Origin: Leptogorgia sarmentosa
Taxonomy: Eukaryota
DNA: 64,000 nt
Assembly: GCA_964658305.1 (NCBI GenBank)
Contig: OZ210885.1
Coordinates: forward strand, 17,236,001 to 17,300,000
Direction of reading: 5' to 3'
The notes under the pieces were generated by a model. The model saw only the letters and a list, made by a program, of their open reading frames with translations. It was not told the origin of the DNA and made no database searches. The first letter of the stretch is position 1. Each line of letters opens with the position of its first letter. A program made the position numbers and the translations under genes. This document shows, piece by piece, positions 1-11,199 of the stretch.

Positions 1-1140
1 AGAATCGGTATACAAATTTAAATTGACAGAATTAGACCAGAAATCCCCCAGAAAAAACGATCGCCCATTGAAATCATCCAAAAATGATCCCCATATACGC
101 AAATCCGCTTTGACAGATCGACTAAGCCGGATAAAATGAAACGCACACCGGATGCCTTTGGTCAAATCTATAAGACGACGCAGAAAAGCTCTCCCTGGCA
201 CCACCACAGAACATGCAAAATTAAGAAGGCCAATTAATGACTGGACCTCTTTTAAAGTAGCTTTCTTGCACTGTAGAAACTGCGAAAGGAGGACTTTGGA
301 TTTAGCTATTTTATCCGCTGGTAAACGCGCTTCAAACAATCTAGTGTCTAATTCAATACCGGCAAATGTCAAAGTGGTTTGAGGACCGACCGTTTTCTCG
401 GGAGCAATCGGAATACCAAGATACTCGCAAAGGGATAAAAAATTCTTCAAGTCAGCGCAACATTGGTCATAGGATGAAGCTGCCATTAGGTAGTCATCAA
501 GAATGTGGATAAGATGCGCAATATTCAAGTGTTTCTGGGCAACCCATTGCAGTGCAGTGCTAAACGTTTCAAATGTCCGACAGGATGATGCACATCCCAT
601 CGGCATGGCCCGGTCATAATAGAATTGTCCTTGCCAAAAAATGCCCAAAAGATCGTAATCCTGGGGGCATATAGGAATGATACGAAACGCATTTTTGATG
701 TCTGTTTTTGCAAGAAAACAACCTTTACCTAGTTTTTTGATCATGGAAATTGCATCGTCAACTCGACTGTAACACACTGCAGTATGCTCAGATGAAATAT
801 TGTCATTGATCGATGCCCCGTGAGGAAACGACAAATGGTGGATTAAACGAAATTCCCCGGGCGTTTTCTTTGGCACCACTCCCAATGGGGAAACTCGAAA
901 ATTAGGAAAAGGCGGTTCTTGAAAAGGTCCAGCTATTCTATTAGCTTGTAACTCCTTATCAAGTTTAGCACTGACTATCTCAGGGTGTTCATAAGCAGAT
1001 GCGAGATTTTTGGAACAAAAAGAAATACGGTCACCCGAAAAATGTAGGGGAAAACCTAAGGTAAAACCCTTATGTAACAAAGAAACAACATGCACATCAT
1101 ATCCACATAACAAGGGAAGCATGCGTTCAATTAAGACCGG
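1..1140 (-). CDS. RT/RNase H (pol) ORF of an Ngaro-like tyrosine-recombinase retrotransposon; runs off the left edge
   Basis: Manual translation is stop-free from 1140 to 1: PVLIERMLP...SPLGVVPKKTPGEFRLIHHLSFP...AKTDIKNAFRIIP...MPMGCASSC...HILDDYL...GIPIAPEKT...SLIGLLNFAC...LYTDS. It is missing from the ORF track because there is no in-window stop. It overlaps the gag 3' end in another frame. Confidence 0.92.
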
Positions 1141-2290
1141 AGTTGGGAGCTCGGGACAAGGCTGCCGTTTTGACACCAAGGGGTTGAAAATTGGCAGTGG
1201 CACCGGAGGGACGAAAATTGGAAGTGGAACTGGAGGGACGAAAATTACAGCTGTGTGCAGGATGTTTCTTCCCACCTGTACACTTAAAACAAGCATGCTT
1301 AAAAGGGCATGGACCAAAACAGCCAAGGCCCTGGTGAAACTTGCGGAAAAAACCTTTAGGCATGAATAGCCCCCGCTGACTGCCATTTTGTGATTTAGGT
1401 TTTGCCTGGGAAAAATTCTGTGCCCGAATCCATAATTCCCAATGGGTGGATCCCCAGGGCATTTCGTGAGCATGTGTATACCTCAAAAATCGAAATTGGG
1501 TGTCATAGAATTGCCAATTACCTTCCCGAGCAGCCAAATCCCGAACCACTTCGCCATACTTCATAAGGGCGGGGCCCTCCAATGGATACTTGCTAGTGTA
1601 AACCCCAACAAACACCTGGAAAGCAGTCGTCCACACCTCAATGTTGGGAATAGCTTTAGCCTTGGTAGTGGGTTCTAAAGCAAGTGTTGGTACTGAACCC
1701 TCAGATGTGCCGAGCGAAAGATTATACCGGGTATCACCTACTTGAGGATTTATAAGTAGCCCGAAATCTATAAACTCATTGCTCCAAATCTTTGCCTTAA
1801 TCTTGGGGCTGACCTGGGCATCGATGGGAATACTCACGGAATTGAAATTGGATATGCCAACGGAACTGGCCATGAGGTGTGGACGAATTGCCCCCAATTC
1901 TACTACCTCACCTGTAAGGTGTTCCATGGCTGCAGCTACTGGCCCCTGCCCTTGAGCGTCAGCCACAGAAATGCCCTGAAGCGGTACCTCCCTAGTCCTA
2001 GATTCCATAGGCGATGGCGATGGGTTGTGCTGAGGCATTTGCAACGATTCCATAACAGCCTGGGTTACAGCCGATGTTATTCGGGCAATGGTGGATTCTG
2101 GAAGGTCCGGTCGAGTTGGTCCTGGCACTGTTGGAGCCATAGGTGGTACATCCTCTGGAGGAGTGGCCCTCACAGGTGGTTCTAGGGTTGGATCCTGGGC
2201 CATTGGTGGTAGTATTCTAGTTGATCTGAGACGAGTGGCCATAGGTTCTGCACGCCATTGGATGCGGGTACTTGGTCGTGTTCTTGGCAT
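1127..2290 (-). CDS. Gag-like ORF of the Ngaro-like element
   Basis: Part of ORF 1127..2374. Probable start MPRTRPS at 2290. Contains KIWSNEFIDF, WTTAF..F, WQFYDTQFR and a C-terminal Cys/His knuckle (CPFKHACFKC...HPAHSC), and overlaps pol. Confidence 0.85.
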   Translation of the reverse strand: MPRTRPSTRIQWRAEPMATRLRSTRILPPMAQDPTLEPPVRATPPEDVPPMAPTVPGPTRPDLPESTIARITSAVTQAVMESLQMPQHNPSPSPMESRTREVPLQGISVADAQGQGPVAAAMEHLTGEVVELGAIRPHLMASSVGISNFNSVSIPIDAQVSPKIKAKIWSNEFIDFGLLINPQVGDTRYNLSLGTSEGSVPTLALEPTTKAKAIPNIEVWTTAFQVFVGVYTSKYPLEGPALMKYGEVVRDLAAREGNWQFYDTQFRFLRYTHAHEMPWGSTHWELWIRAQNFSQAKPKSQNGSQRGLFMPKGFFRKFHQGLGCFGPCPFKHACFKCTGGKKHPAHSCNFRPSSSTSNFRPSGATANFQPLGVKTAALSRAPNSGLN

Positions 2291-3063
2291 TATTCTAAAG
2301 AGAAACTGCAAACAGGGCAGACAACAGGCCACTGATAAGGGTGTGACACATGATAGGACACAGTAGCGCGACATCCTTTAACAACACACACAATTTGACA
2401 GAAAAACAATGTCTACTGATCTACAACTCTATAGTAAACGATTGTTGTTAAATATGGCATACCACAAAGGTAGCCGAACCAAATCACTGGGCCATCTGAA
2501 AACATCATGCCGCGCCGTCCCACATATATTGAATTCAACTATGGGCATTGGAACATCTAGGTCCCAACCCATGTAAGCATATATTTCCATGACCAAGAAA
2601 CTGTGGCCTGAATTTATGCTAAAATGCATAAATTCAAAGACAATACTGTACAGTGGTTTACTGCTAACAGAACAATTACATGTTTACAAACACCCCAAGT
2701 ACACCACAGAGGCTAGATACAGTACTTTTACACTACATCACACTATATTGATATATAAAACAGAAGCCACAAATTCATGAATAGTTCCACCGCATGAAAA
2801 TATAATTGCTGAAAACTCAATGTGGTATTTGCAAACAGCAAGTGCTCAGCCCAGACACATCTAGTCACATAGACCCTTGGGCCCCGGGAATTACCCGAAA
2901 GTGATAAAATCATATCAAATTTGTATGATTAGTCTTGTCGTTAATGACTTTATTAAATATATGCACATAACATTACAATAAGCTTGGAAAGTCCAAGTAC
3001 TGCAATAAACTGCGTCAATATAGAAACGGCATAAAAGGCGAAAAAGCAGCTGCAGTAAACATA

Positions 3064-3678
3064 TTAACAGCGATCGTGCAACATATTAAGAGCTTTTAAA
3101 ATTGCTCCTCTATAACTCCTGTATAAGATATACTGCCCGTGAGGGTTGCAGTGAACCCCATCAGGAGATAACAAATCAAGTCTACCGTTGTCAAATTTAC
3201 GATGGTCCCAAAGAAATACCCCAGGTTCATTCGCCAAAACGACCGACAAATACTGCTGCAGCATAGATGCTTTTGCATTAAAAGTATGGTCCGGTTCATC
3301 GGAATGCGGAATGCGCCGATTTATAACTTGGCACACCGCAATGACCTTTATGTTTAACTCGTCGCGGCGGTCGCGCATATAGCGTACGAAATCGTCTATC
3401 CGTGAACCGACCACGTCCGGAGAAAGGTTTGACAAATCGTTCGTCCCGATTTCCAGAACGACGATATCTGGTTTGCAGCTTTTGAGAAAGGAAATATCGT
3501 ACTTAAACACTTTGTCTACAGTTCGACCGCCTGTGCCCTTCGAAGACACATACACACCTGAAGCGGCCAGGTTAAAATTTTGCTTGGCGCGGGAATCAAA
3601 ACCGTTATTTAAATCGTCGTTTAAGCGGCGTACGAAAGAATGGCCAAATACCAAAACATTGGGAATGAAACCCGACAT
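3064..3678 (-). CDS. SGNH/GDSL hydrolase, probably belonging to the Ngaro-like element
   Basis: Intact 204-aa ORF with block I GHSF, block II G(T)GG, block III GTNDL and block V DGVH. Same strand as gag/pol. Confidence 0.88.
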   Translation of the reverse strand: MSGFIPNVLVFGHSFVRRLNDDLNNGFDSRAKQNFNLAASGVYVSSKGTGGRTVDKVFKYDISFLKSCKPDIVVLEIGTNDLSNLSPDVVGSRIDDFVRYMRDRRDELNIKVIAVCQVINRRIPHSDEPDHTFNAKASMLQQYLSVVLANEPGVFLWDHRKFDNGRLDLLSPDGVHCNPHGQYILYRSYRGAILKALNMLHDRC

Positions 3679-3796
3679 ATTTCTTGAGGATAAATAAGAT
3701 TAAAGGAAGCACACAATACCTTAAAACTTTGGAATGAAGTAAACAGGTCTTGCTCCTGACTGACTTCGGTAAAATGACCTAACCTTGACACCTTGC

Positions 3797-3804
3797 CTTT
3801 TATA
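3797..3804 (-). promoter_or_regulatory. Candidate TATA box (TATAAAAG) upstream of the SGNH ORF
   Basis: cttttata on + reads TATAAAAG on -, about 120 bp upstream of the ATG at 3678. Confidence 0.35.
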
Positions 3805-5123
3805 CGTAGCATCGGAGTAAAATTCCCAAATGTCGCAAACTCTCCCCGTGATATTTCGTTGCATGCGTTACGTCATCGTTTCATTAGCTATAGTAAATCT
3901 AACTATATATTATATAATAGGGAAAGCAATAAAATTACCATTCGTGAACAAATAGTTCCTTTAAACTGCAAAACACTGTCGGTAGCGCATCAGAATAAAA
4001 AAATACAAAAATGCAAAAATAGAAAAATCAAAATATAAGAACTTTTGAGCTGTTGCGTCTGGCGTACAATAGTCTGTAAAAAATAGAGCATAACCATCCA
4101 TTAGAATTAAATGTTTTATCTCGTAAAAGATGTGCAAGACAAATAGGGAGATTCCACTTTATAAAACAATGTTTTCAGACATGAAAAGAATATATGGTAC
4201 TGTTAAACATGTTGTGGTCAGATGAAGCTACAATAAAAGATATAACGAACAAAGGACAGTTACTCAACAACTTCTATAAACTAACAACCTGGCAACAACA
4301 TCCTAACAACCGCTATAACCGTCAATAAATAAAATATTTGCGTGCGAATAGGAATTTTATGAATGCCGTCGTGTAGGTATTAGAGATAAGGGAATAGCTC
4401 TAGGTAAGGGCGGGGAGGAAACTTGTACATTATAGATAAAAATATAGCTGTAAGCAAAACATGTCATGGCAAGATGGAGCGTTAGATTAGGACAAAGACG
4501 GCGATTACAAGTGACCAGTGCTGTGCGCTTCTCAGTTCATTCGATACAGTCATTCGGAGTGTACACATCAACTTTGTCCAACAGCCCACCTCCTCCCCAT
4601 GGATGCATCATAACTGGCAGATGTATACTGATCACGGGATCAGGCGTAATTTGTGCCCTCACCTTACTGGGCAAAACAATGTTAGCACATAGGGAGAATT
4701 TATTGTTAATAGTTTTGTTAAAGTTAATAATCATGATAATAAAACGGCTAGGGGGAATTCCCCTAGCCCAAAATATCCCAAAACCGCGTCAGTTGTCCAT
4801 TTATTATAGGCCCAGTTAACGAGCTGTGGAAATAGCAACATTTTGCACAAGGAAACAAAAATAATTTAGCGATACACGACGGCAGGCATAAATAACTAAT
4901 TGACAACCGACACTTTGTCATCTAATAAAACGTAAAAGACGGGGTTTATTAAAAAATCACTGGTACATCTGAAGAAACACGTTATAGACAGACTGTCAAA
5001 CTCCGTGTTTTCCACTTAATGCCCCCCCCCCCCATAAACAGTGGAGAAGACGGAGTATTTTGAAAAATCACTGAATGTCTCATGCAAAGAAGCGCTTTAC
5101 TTTATAATTTGTAGTTATAATTT

Positions 5124-6662
5124 GCGTGTATAGCCTGTATAGCGTGTATAGCTTGTATAGTGTGTATAGCCTGTGTATAGCCTGTGTATAGCCTGTGTAT
5201 AGCCTGTGTATAGCCTGTATAGCATGTATAACGTGTATGGTGTGTATGGTGTGTATAGCGTGTATGGTGTATGGTGTGTATTGCCTGTGTGTATTGCCTG
5301 TGTACATAGTGTGTATAGCCTGTATAGTGTGTGTATGGTGTGTATAGCGTGTATGGTGTGTATAGCGTGTATCGCGTGTGTATTGCCTGTGTATATTGTG
5401 TATATTGTGTATAGTGTGTATGGTGTGTATGGCGTGTATCGCATGTATTGCCTGTGTATAGCCTGTATGGCATGTATAGGGTGTATGGTGTGTAAAGCGT
5501 GTATGGTGTGTATCGCGTGTATTGCCTGTGTATAGCCTGTATGGCATGTATAGTGTGTATAGCCTGTATGGCATGTATGGTGTGTATAGCGTGTATTGCC
5601 TGTGTATAGCGTGTATGGTGTGTATAGCGTGTATGGTGTGTATAGCGTGTATCGCATGTGTATAGCATGTATGGTGTGTATAGCGTGTATCGCGTGTATT
5701 GCCTGTATAGCATGTATAGTGTGTATAGTGTGTATGGTGTGTATAGCGTGTATCGCGTGTATAGCGTGTATCGCGTGTATCGCATGTGTATAGCATGTAT
5801 GGTGTGTATAGCGTGTATTGCCTGTGTATAACCTGTATAGCATGTATAGCGTGTATGGTGTGTATAGCGTGTATGGTGTGTATAGCGTGTATTGCCTGTG
5901 TATAGGCTGTATAGCATGTATAGTGTGTATAGCGTGTATCGCGTGTGTCTTGTGTATTGCCTGTGTATAGCCTGTATGGCATGTATAGTGTTTATAGAGT
6001 GTATGGTGTGTATCGCGTGTATTGCCTGTGTATAGCATGTATGGTGTGTATAGTGTGTATAGCGTGTATGGTGTGTATAGCGTGTATTGCCTGTGTATAG
6101 CCTGTATAGCATGTATGGTGTGTATAGCATGTATGGTGTGTATCGCGTGTGTTGCCTGTGTATAGCCTGTATAGCATGTATAGTGTGTATAGCGTGTATA
6201 GCGTGTATGGTGTGTATAGCGTGTATCGCGTGTATTGATTGTGTATAGGCTGTATAGCATGTATAGTGTGTATAGCGTGTATGGTGTGTATAGCGTGTAT
6301 CGCGTGTATTGCCTGTGTATAGCCTGTATAGCATGTATGGTGTGTATAGCGTGTATCGCGTGTATTGCCTGTGTATAGGCTATATAGCATGTATAGTGTG
6401 TATGGTGTGTATAGCGTGTATCGAGTGTATTGCCTGTGTATAGTCTGTATAGCATGTATGGTGTGTATAGCGTGTATGGTGTGTATAGCGTGTATCGCCT
6501 GTGTATAGCCTGTATAGCCTGTATAGCATGTATAGCATGTATAGTGTGTATCGCGTGTATCGTGTGTATAGCATGTGTATAGCATGTGTATAGCATGTAT
6601 AGTCTGTATAGTGTGTATAGCGTGTATGGTGAGTATAGTGTGTATAGCATGTATAGCGTGTA
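5124..6662. repeat. Degenerate minisatellite of ~9-11-bp units (gtgtatagc / gtgtatggt / gtgtattgcct)
   Basis: About 1.5 kb of directly visible tandem variants, with a perfect 16-bp stem hairpin just downstream (6708-6723 / 6749-6764). Confidence 0.97.
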
Positions 6663-7140
6663 TTATAGTATATACTATATTAGTGAGCGAAACATAAATT
6701 GATAACCTAATTCTTTAGCTCAGTGAGAAAAGCCTTTGGTAAAATGCCCTGAGCTAAAGAATTACTAATTAATAATAAGGTAATTCTTTATCTTAGTGGT
6801 AAAATGCCTGTGAAACACATGTCACAGCAAACTAAAATTTAAAAAATGGTGATTATAGTTAATTTACATAATTATAGTTTCTGATAAATTGCGCGAATGT
6901 GCGCTTCCGGTCCGGCTCAGGAGATGATAAGTCGCTCATTCTATCTTGTATATACTTTAGTAAGCTCAGGTACCTCACAAATTGTGTTTATTAACGATTT
7001 TGAAACTATTTGAGTCTTGTTTTTAAAACAAGGGGGTAGTTGCAAGGATTAACAAGTCATTTAAGGAATTTTGGGAATATCTGAAGAATTCCGGAGCTCA
7101 CGCTAAGGAATTTTGAAAATTCGTTGTGAGAGCGCTGTAT

Positions 7141-7700
7141 TTGACAGCCATTTTCATCCGAGATTGACTGAGATATGAAAGTTCAAACGTTTGTTAACAA
7201 TTTTGAAACCTTCACAAATTAGCTAAAAACGGCCTATTAAATATTAATACAGCATTAACGACATATAAAGAGATGTACCGTGTTCTGGATCGTGTAAAAC
7301 AAACGTCTATTCGTTAGGAAATGCATGTCCCCGAGTATGAATGCAGCGTCTTGCCAACTCTTTGGTGCTTCGTTAAACGAGGCATAATTATTACTTAGAA
7401 GCATACGAGGCGACATTCGCATTTTAGAATTCAGTTCATTCCCTTTGGACGTCGAATTAAACTTTAAATGAACCTTACCTTGTAGCTTAATTTTTCTGTT
7501 GCCGAACAGCAAACAAAAACGAGAAAGCATCTCTGTTACAAGGAAGATGAAATTTGCACTTCCACTACGTTTGTTAAAACACTGCTTATGATAAAATAGT
7601 GACGCGGTTATAAAATCAGTTTAATAGGCCGTTTTTAGCTAATTTGTGATCGTTTGAAAATTGTTCAATTGTTCTTGGACGAAAATGCCTGTCGAATATA
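7141..7700. repeat. Imperfect inverted repeat pair (MITE-like remnant)
   Basis: tcacaaattagctaaaaacggcctattaaa (~7212-7241) is the reverse complement of tttaataggccgtttttagctaatttgtga (~7620-7649). Weaker similarity extends outward. Confidence 0.6.
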
Positions 7701-8016
7701 CCAAAATTTAAGTTAGACATCGCTGGATGCAATGAAATTCCATTTAGGGTTCTACTGCGTATGGTTTTTGAGTTATAAGTAATCAAACAGTTATACTTTT
7801 TTTTGCGCCACCCGGTATATTACCATTTCATTTTACGTTTATACAGCTTGAGAGACTAAATAAATAATAGTTATTAAACTAGAATGACATACTCTCATTG
7901 TGTATGAATGTACTCATTGTGTCACTGATCAATTCAGTGGAATCAATTACTGTAGGTTTCGGGGTTTTGGGAAACGTTTTACAATCGCGCATTCTATATT
8001 CATACAAAAGCGGTTA

Positions 8017-8440
8017 TTATGCACATTTAATAAGTAGATTGAAGAAACTTACGCCCGATGTGGAAGAAATAGATTCAGTAAAATCCAAACCCCTACTGCG
8101 ACCAGAGGCAGGAGTCAAGGAACTGACACTGGCACGCACTCTAGAAGTAGATGGTTGAACAACTGACGTAGATATTTCCAGACATCGTTTTGAACGGATC
8201 TCTTGCTCTAAAGATTTCTGTGTTTTAGTAATCACACTTTTGAATGTGATTGCGTTAGTAAGCCTTCTCTCGCATGGATGACATATCAAATGCAGTAGGT
8301 TCCACGTTATTTAATACAGTTCGATTAGAAGACTTAAATAAATCTTTACAATGATTTTTGTCTACAACAGCTTTACATATATAGACTTCTGCAGTAGTGC
8401 TTTTGAAGTAGAGCTTTTTCGGTGTTTCTCTTGCAGCCAT
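8017..8440 (-). pseudogene. Frameshifted Cys-containing (ZAD-like zinc finger?) fragment, probably TE-derived
   Basis: MAARETPKK...ICKAV...HCKDLF continues in another frame as ICHPCERRL...RSKRCL. Confidence 0.35.
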
Positions 8441-8769
8441 CAGCGACAGAATAAAACTGACACATTTTGTGATATTTGACCTGAGCACATGTGGCCATGT
8501 TGTAATCCGATATTTACCAACAAAATGAAGGTGTTAAATACATGATTTATTGTATCTCAGAACGCCACGAAACGTTATCTTTTCAACGAGAATCAAAAAA
8601 ATATTTGTTTAAATTTCCCCAAATATGTGAAATTTACAAACCCGCTCCTCAACCACCCCACCCTCAGTATAATTTGATTTACCTCCCAGAATCTGGGAGG
8701 TCACGTGACCAGCCTTTACAAGGGTCTCCATCCCGCCCTCTGGTGTGGAGACCCTTGCTTGCGAGGTTG

Positions 8770-9645
8770 TGTCGTGGCCCACGGTTGAAAATGAGCCAAT
8801 AAACGAGTATCAGGTATCACATCTGGCCAAAATGACTTTCCCAACTTTATTTCCAGATGGGAAGGGTGATCCTACTACTCAAGGACTTCTAAGAGATGTC
8901 CCTCTTCAGGAACAAATAAAGCATGTTCTAAAATTTGCTGAAATTATTGATGGTAAATGGGTATACCGTTTTGCTAAGCACCCCAGATTTTCATATTGGG
9001 CTTTTAATATGATTCAAAGAAAACGAATTTTACAACAAAGTGGAATATTCCTCAAACAGAATCCAGGTGAAGCTCATCTCACAACTGATGAACTGCGTGA
9101 AATCGCTGCCAGTAACGATGCTAAAGTATCGGCTCAAAAATTTAAAGATGAAAATGATTGTTCTGACACAACTGAACTAGACCAAGATATTGAAGATGGT
9201 CAGAAAGCAGCTGACACAGTATGTCAGTATGTTGATTGGTTGTTATGAACCATCAAATCCTAATCCACCAGATGAGGACATGTGGATAAGACCTGAAGTG
9301 CATCCATTTCAAAGAAGTCGTCATGACATTCCTGAACATGAAAAACAATCGGATTATGTAGATCTGTTAAACATGGTTCAACAACATAGTCATTGCAGTA
9401 CAAGTTATTGTCTTAGAAAAAAGTCAAATGAAACAGTTGAAATGCAGATTTCATTTCCCTTTTGATATTTGTCCTGAGACAAAATTAGAATTTGAAAAAA
9501 TTCATACTTCGGGTGATAATGAGCATTATCGAGCTAAGATTGTGACTAAGCAGAATGACTCAAGGTTAAATAACCACCAACAATTTCAGCTCCAAGGATG
9601 GAGAGCTTACTGTGATATTCAAGTTGTTATTGATCACTATGCTTT
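8770..9645 (+). pseudogene. Helitron Rep/helicase fragment (internally deleted, frameshifted)
   Basis: EPINEY...[11 protein letters not shown]...[49 protein letters not shown]...WRAYCDIQVVID. Confidence 0.85.
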
Positions 9646-9907
9646 TATATTACTGTTGAACAGAAATACGCTAAAAATTACTGTTAAATTTGATCATGAA
9701 GAACGCATATGAAGACGAGGGATGAGTTCAAAGATGTGTTTCTTCTTGCATTTTGTAAAGGTGGTGCTTTTGCAACACATTGAACGGCTACAAATTTAAG
9801 TATTGGTAAATACTTATCGTCGCCCTTTATTTGTCGTCACCTGTTGTGCTGTTGACCTTTTGTTTGTAACGGGGAGGATTTTTATTGGAGATGAAAGCCC
9901 GATCATT

Positions 9908-11199
9908 AACAGGTGGGAAATTTGTCGGCGCTGACCCAAAAATCGCGGGCACATTGTGTTTACATTCCAAAACATGGCAGAAAGTTAGCAAACGACTGTT
10001 TTAGCTGACGAATTTTTGCTTTTTATTCAAATGATGTCTAACTTAGTGGTTAATCTTTTAAAATCGATCATGAATTCCTTGTTTTGCGGTGGTTTTTTTT
10101 GCAATCGAGTGCGTGGAAGAAGTAAATATGGCGACGTTAAAATAGGAGCAAATGAGTGGCAAATACAGTAAATGTCGAGATGTGGCTTGTTTGAAACCGT
10201 AATCAACGAGGAAAACGTGATATGAGAATGAAATGAAAGTTGAAATTATTCTTTTTATTTCTCAAATTTCCCATAATTTGTTTGTTAGTGTAACTTGTGC
10301 GATTTATACTCGAAGTACTAGCTCGCGAAATTTGACGAATTTTGAAAATTTGTGAAAATAGCTTGACTTTGAACTGTATTTTTGTAAAAATCGCCGGTGG
10401 CCTCAATTTCAAATATAGCTAAATGAAAAGAAACACTTCTTTGGCGTTTAGTGGTACCAAACCTATCAACAGGAAAATAGGGCCTCATGATGCTTTAGTT
10501 AAGTGTTTGAGACCCACTTGCTTCACACGTGTTGTGGTCAAATTCTGGCCAAGAATCAAAGACCCAAAAGTTAGTTTACATCATCAAATCTGCTTCGAGA
10601 AAGGTCTAGTTTAAAAATATAGCTTTTAATTTAGATTTCGTGAGCATAATTTGGTTAGAAATGAAATATTTTTGTATTTGATGAGATTCAAAATTTTGTG
10701 TTTATTCAAGTCAGGCTTCAGTGTAATTATAATGATAACCGGCAATGAAATGAAGATATTTCAAAAACTGGCGGTGGCCTCACGATGAAACTTTCCAAAA
10801 ATACTCTCCACTTCATGTATTTTCTTGTGATACTTTACTTGTAAGCGTCAAAATAGGGCCTTGAACAGGCCCGGGGTTTGTATTTTAGCCTTCGGTAGAA
10901 GTGAAATCTCACGCCTCATCACAAGTTATTTTGCTCCGCCGTGATTTGTGCTCTGTCGCTGATATTTAAACCTTTACGACATAAATATTGTCATCCTCAT
11001 TACGATACAAACATTTCACAGAAAATTCTAGTTATTCAGATTAACTTGTGACTGTAAACAGTAGGTAGAAGTATGCCATTCAGAATCGACACAAGATTTG
11101 TTTTGATTGTTCGTGAAATGCACATTTCTTCTTCCCGCAAAATATACGCACGTCTCGTGGGGATTTCCCGTGCATGCTCAGTCAATTTTCCCACCTGTT
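9908..11199. mobile_element. Non-autonomous DNA transposon with 17-bp TIRs and a 9-bp TSD
   Basis: Left AACAGGTGGGAAATTTG vs reverse complement of right AACAGGTGGGAAAATTG (16/17). Direct repeat CCGATCATT at 9899-9907 and 11200-11208. Confidence 0.8.

Noticed and set aside
1010..2366. Plus-strand ORFs including the GSGTGGTKI repeats
   Set aside because: Antisense shadows of gag/pol; the repeat reflects short duplications in the gag tail.
3064..3678. Bacterial contaminant esterase
   Set aside because: Adjacent and co-oriented with a YR retroelement, a group known to carry SGNH ORFs; surrounding DNA is eukaryotic.
5080..6650. Long His/Thr/Tyr-rich ORFs in all three minus frames
   Set aside because: Translation of a minisatellite whose units rarely form stop codons; no coding evidence.
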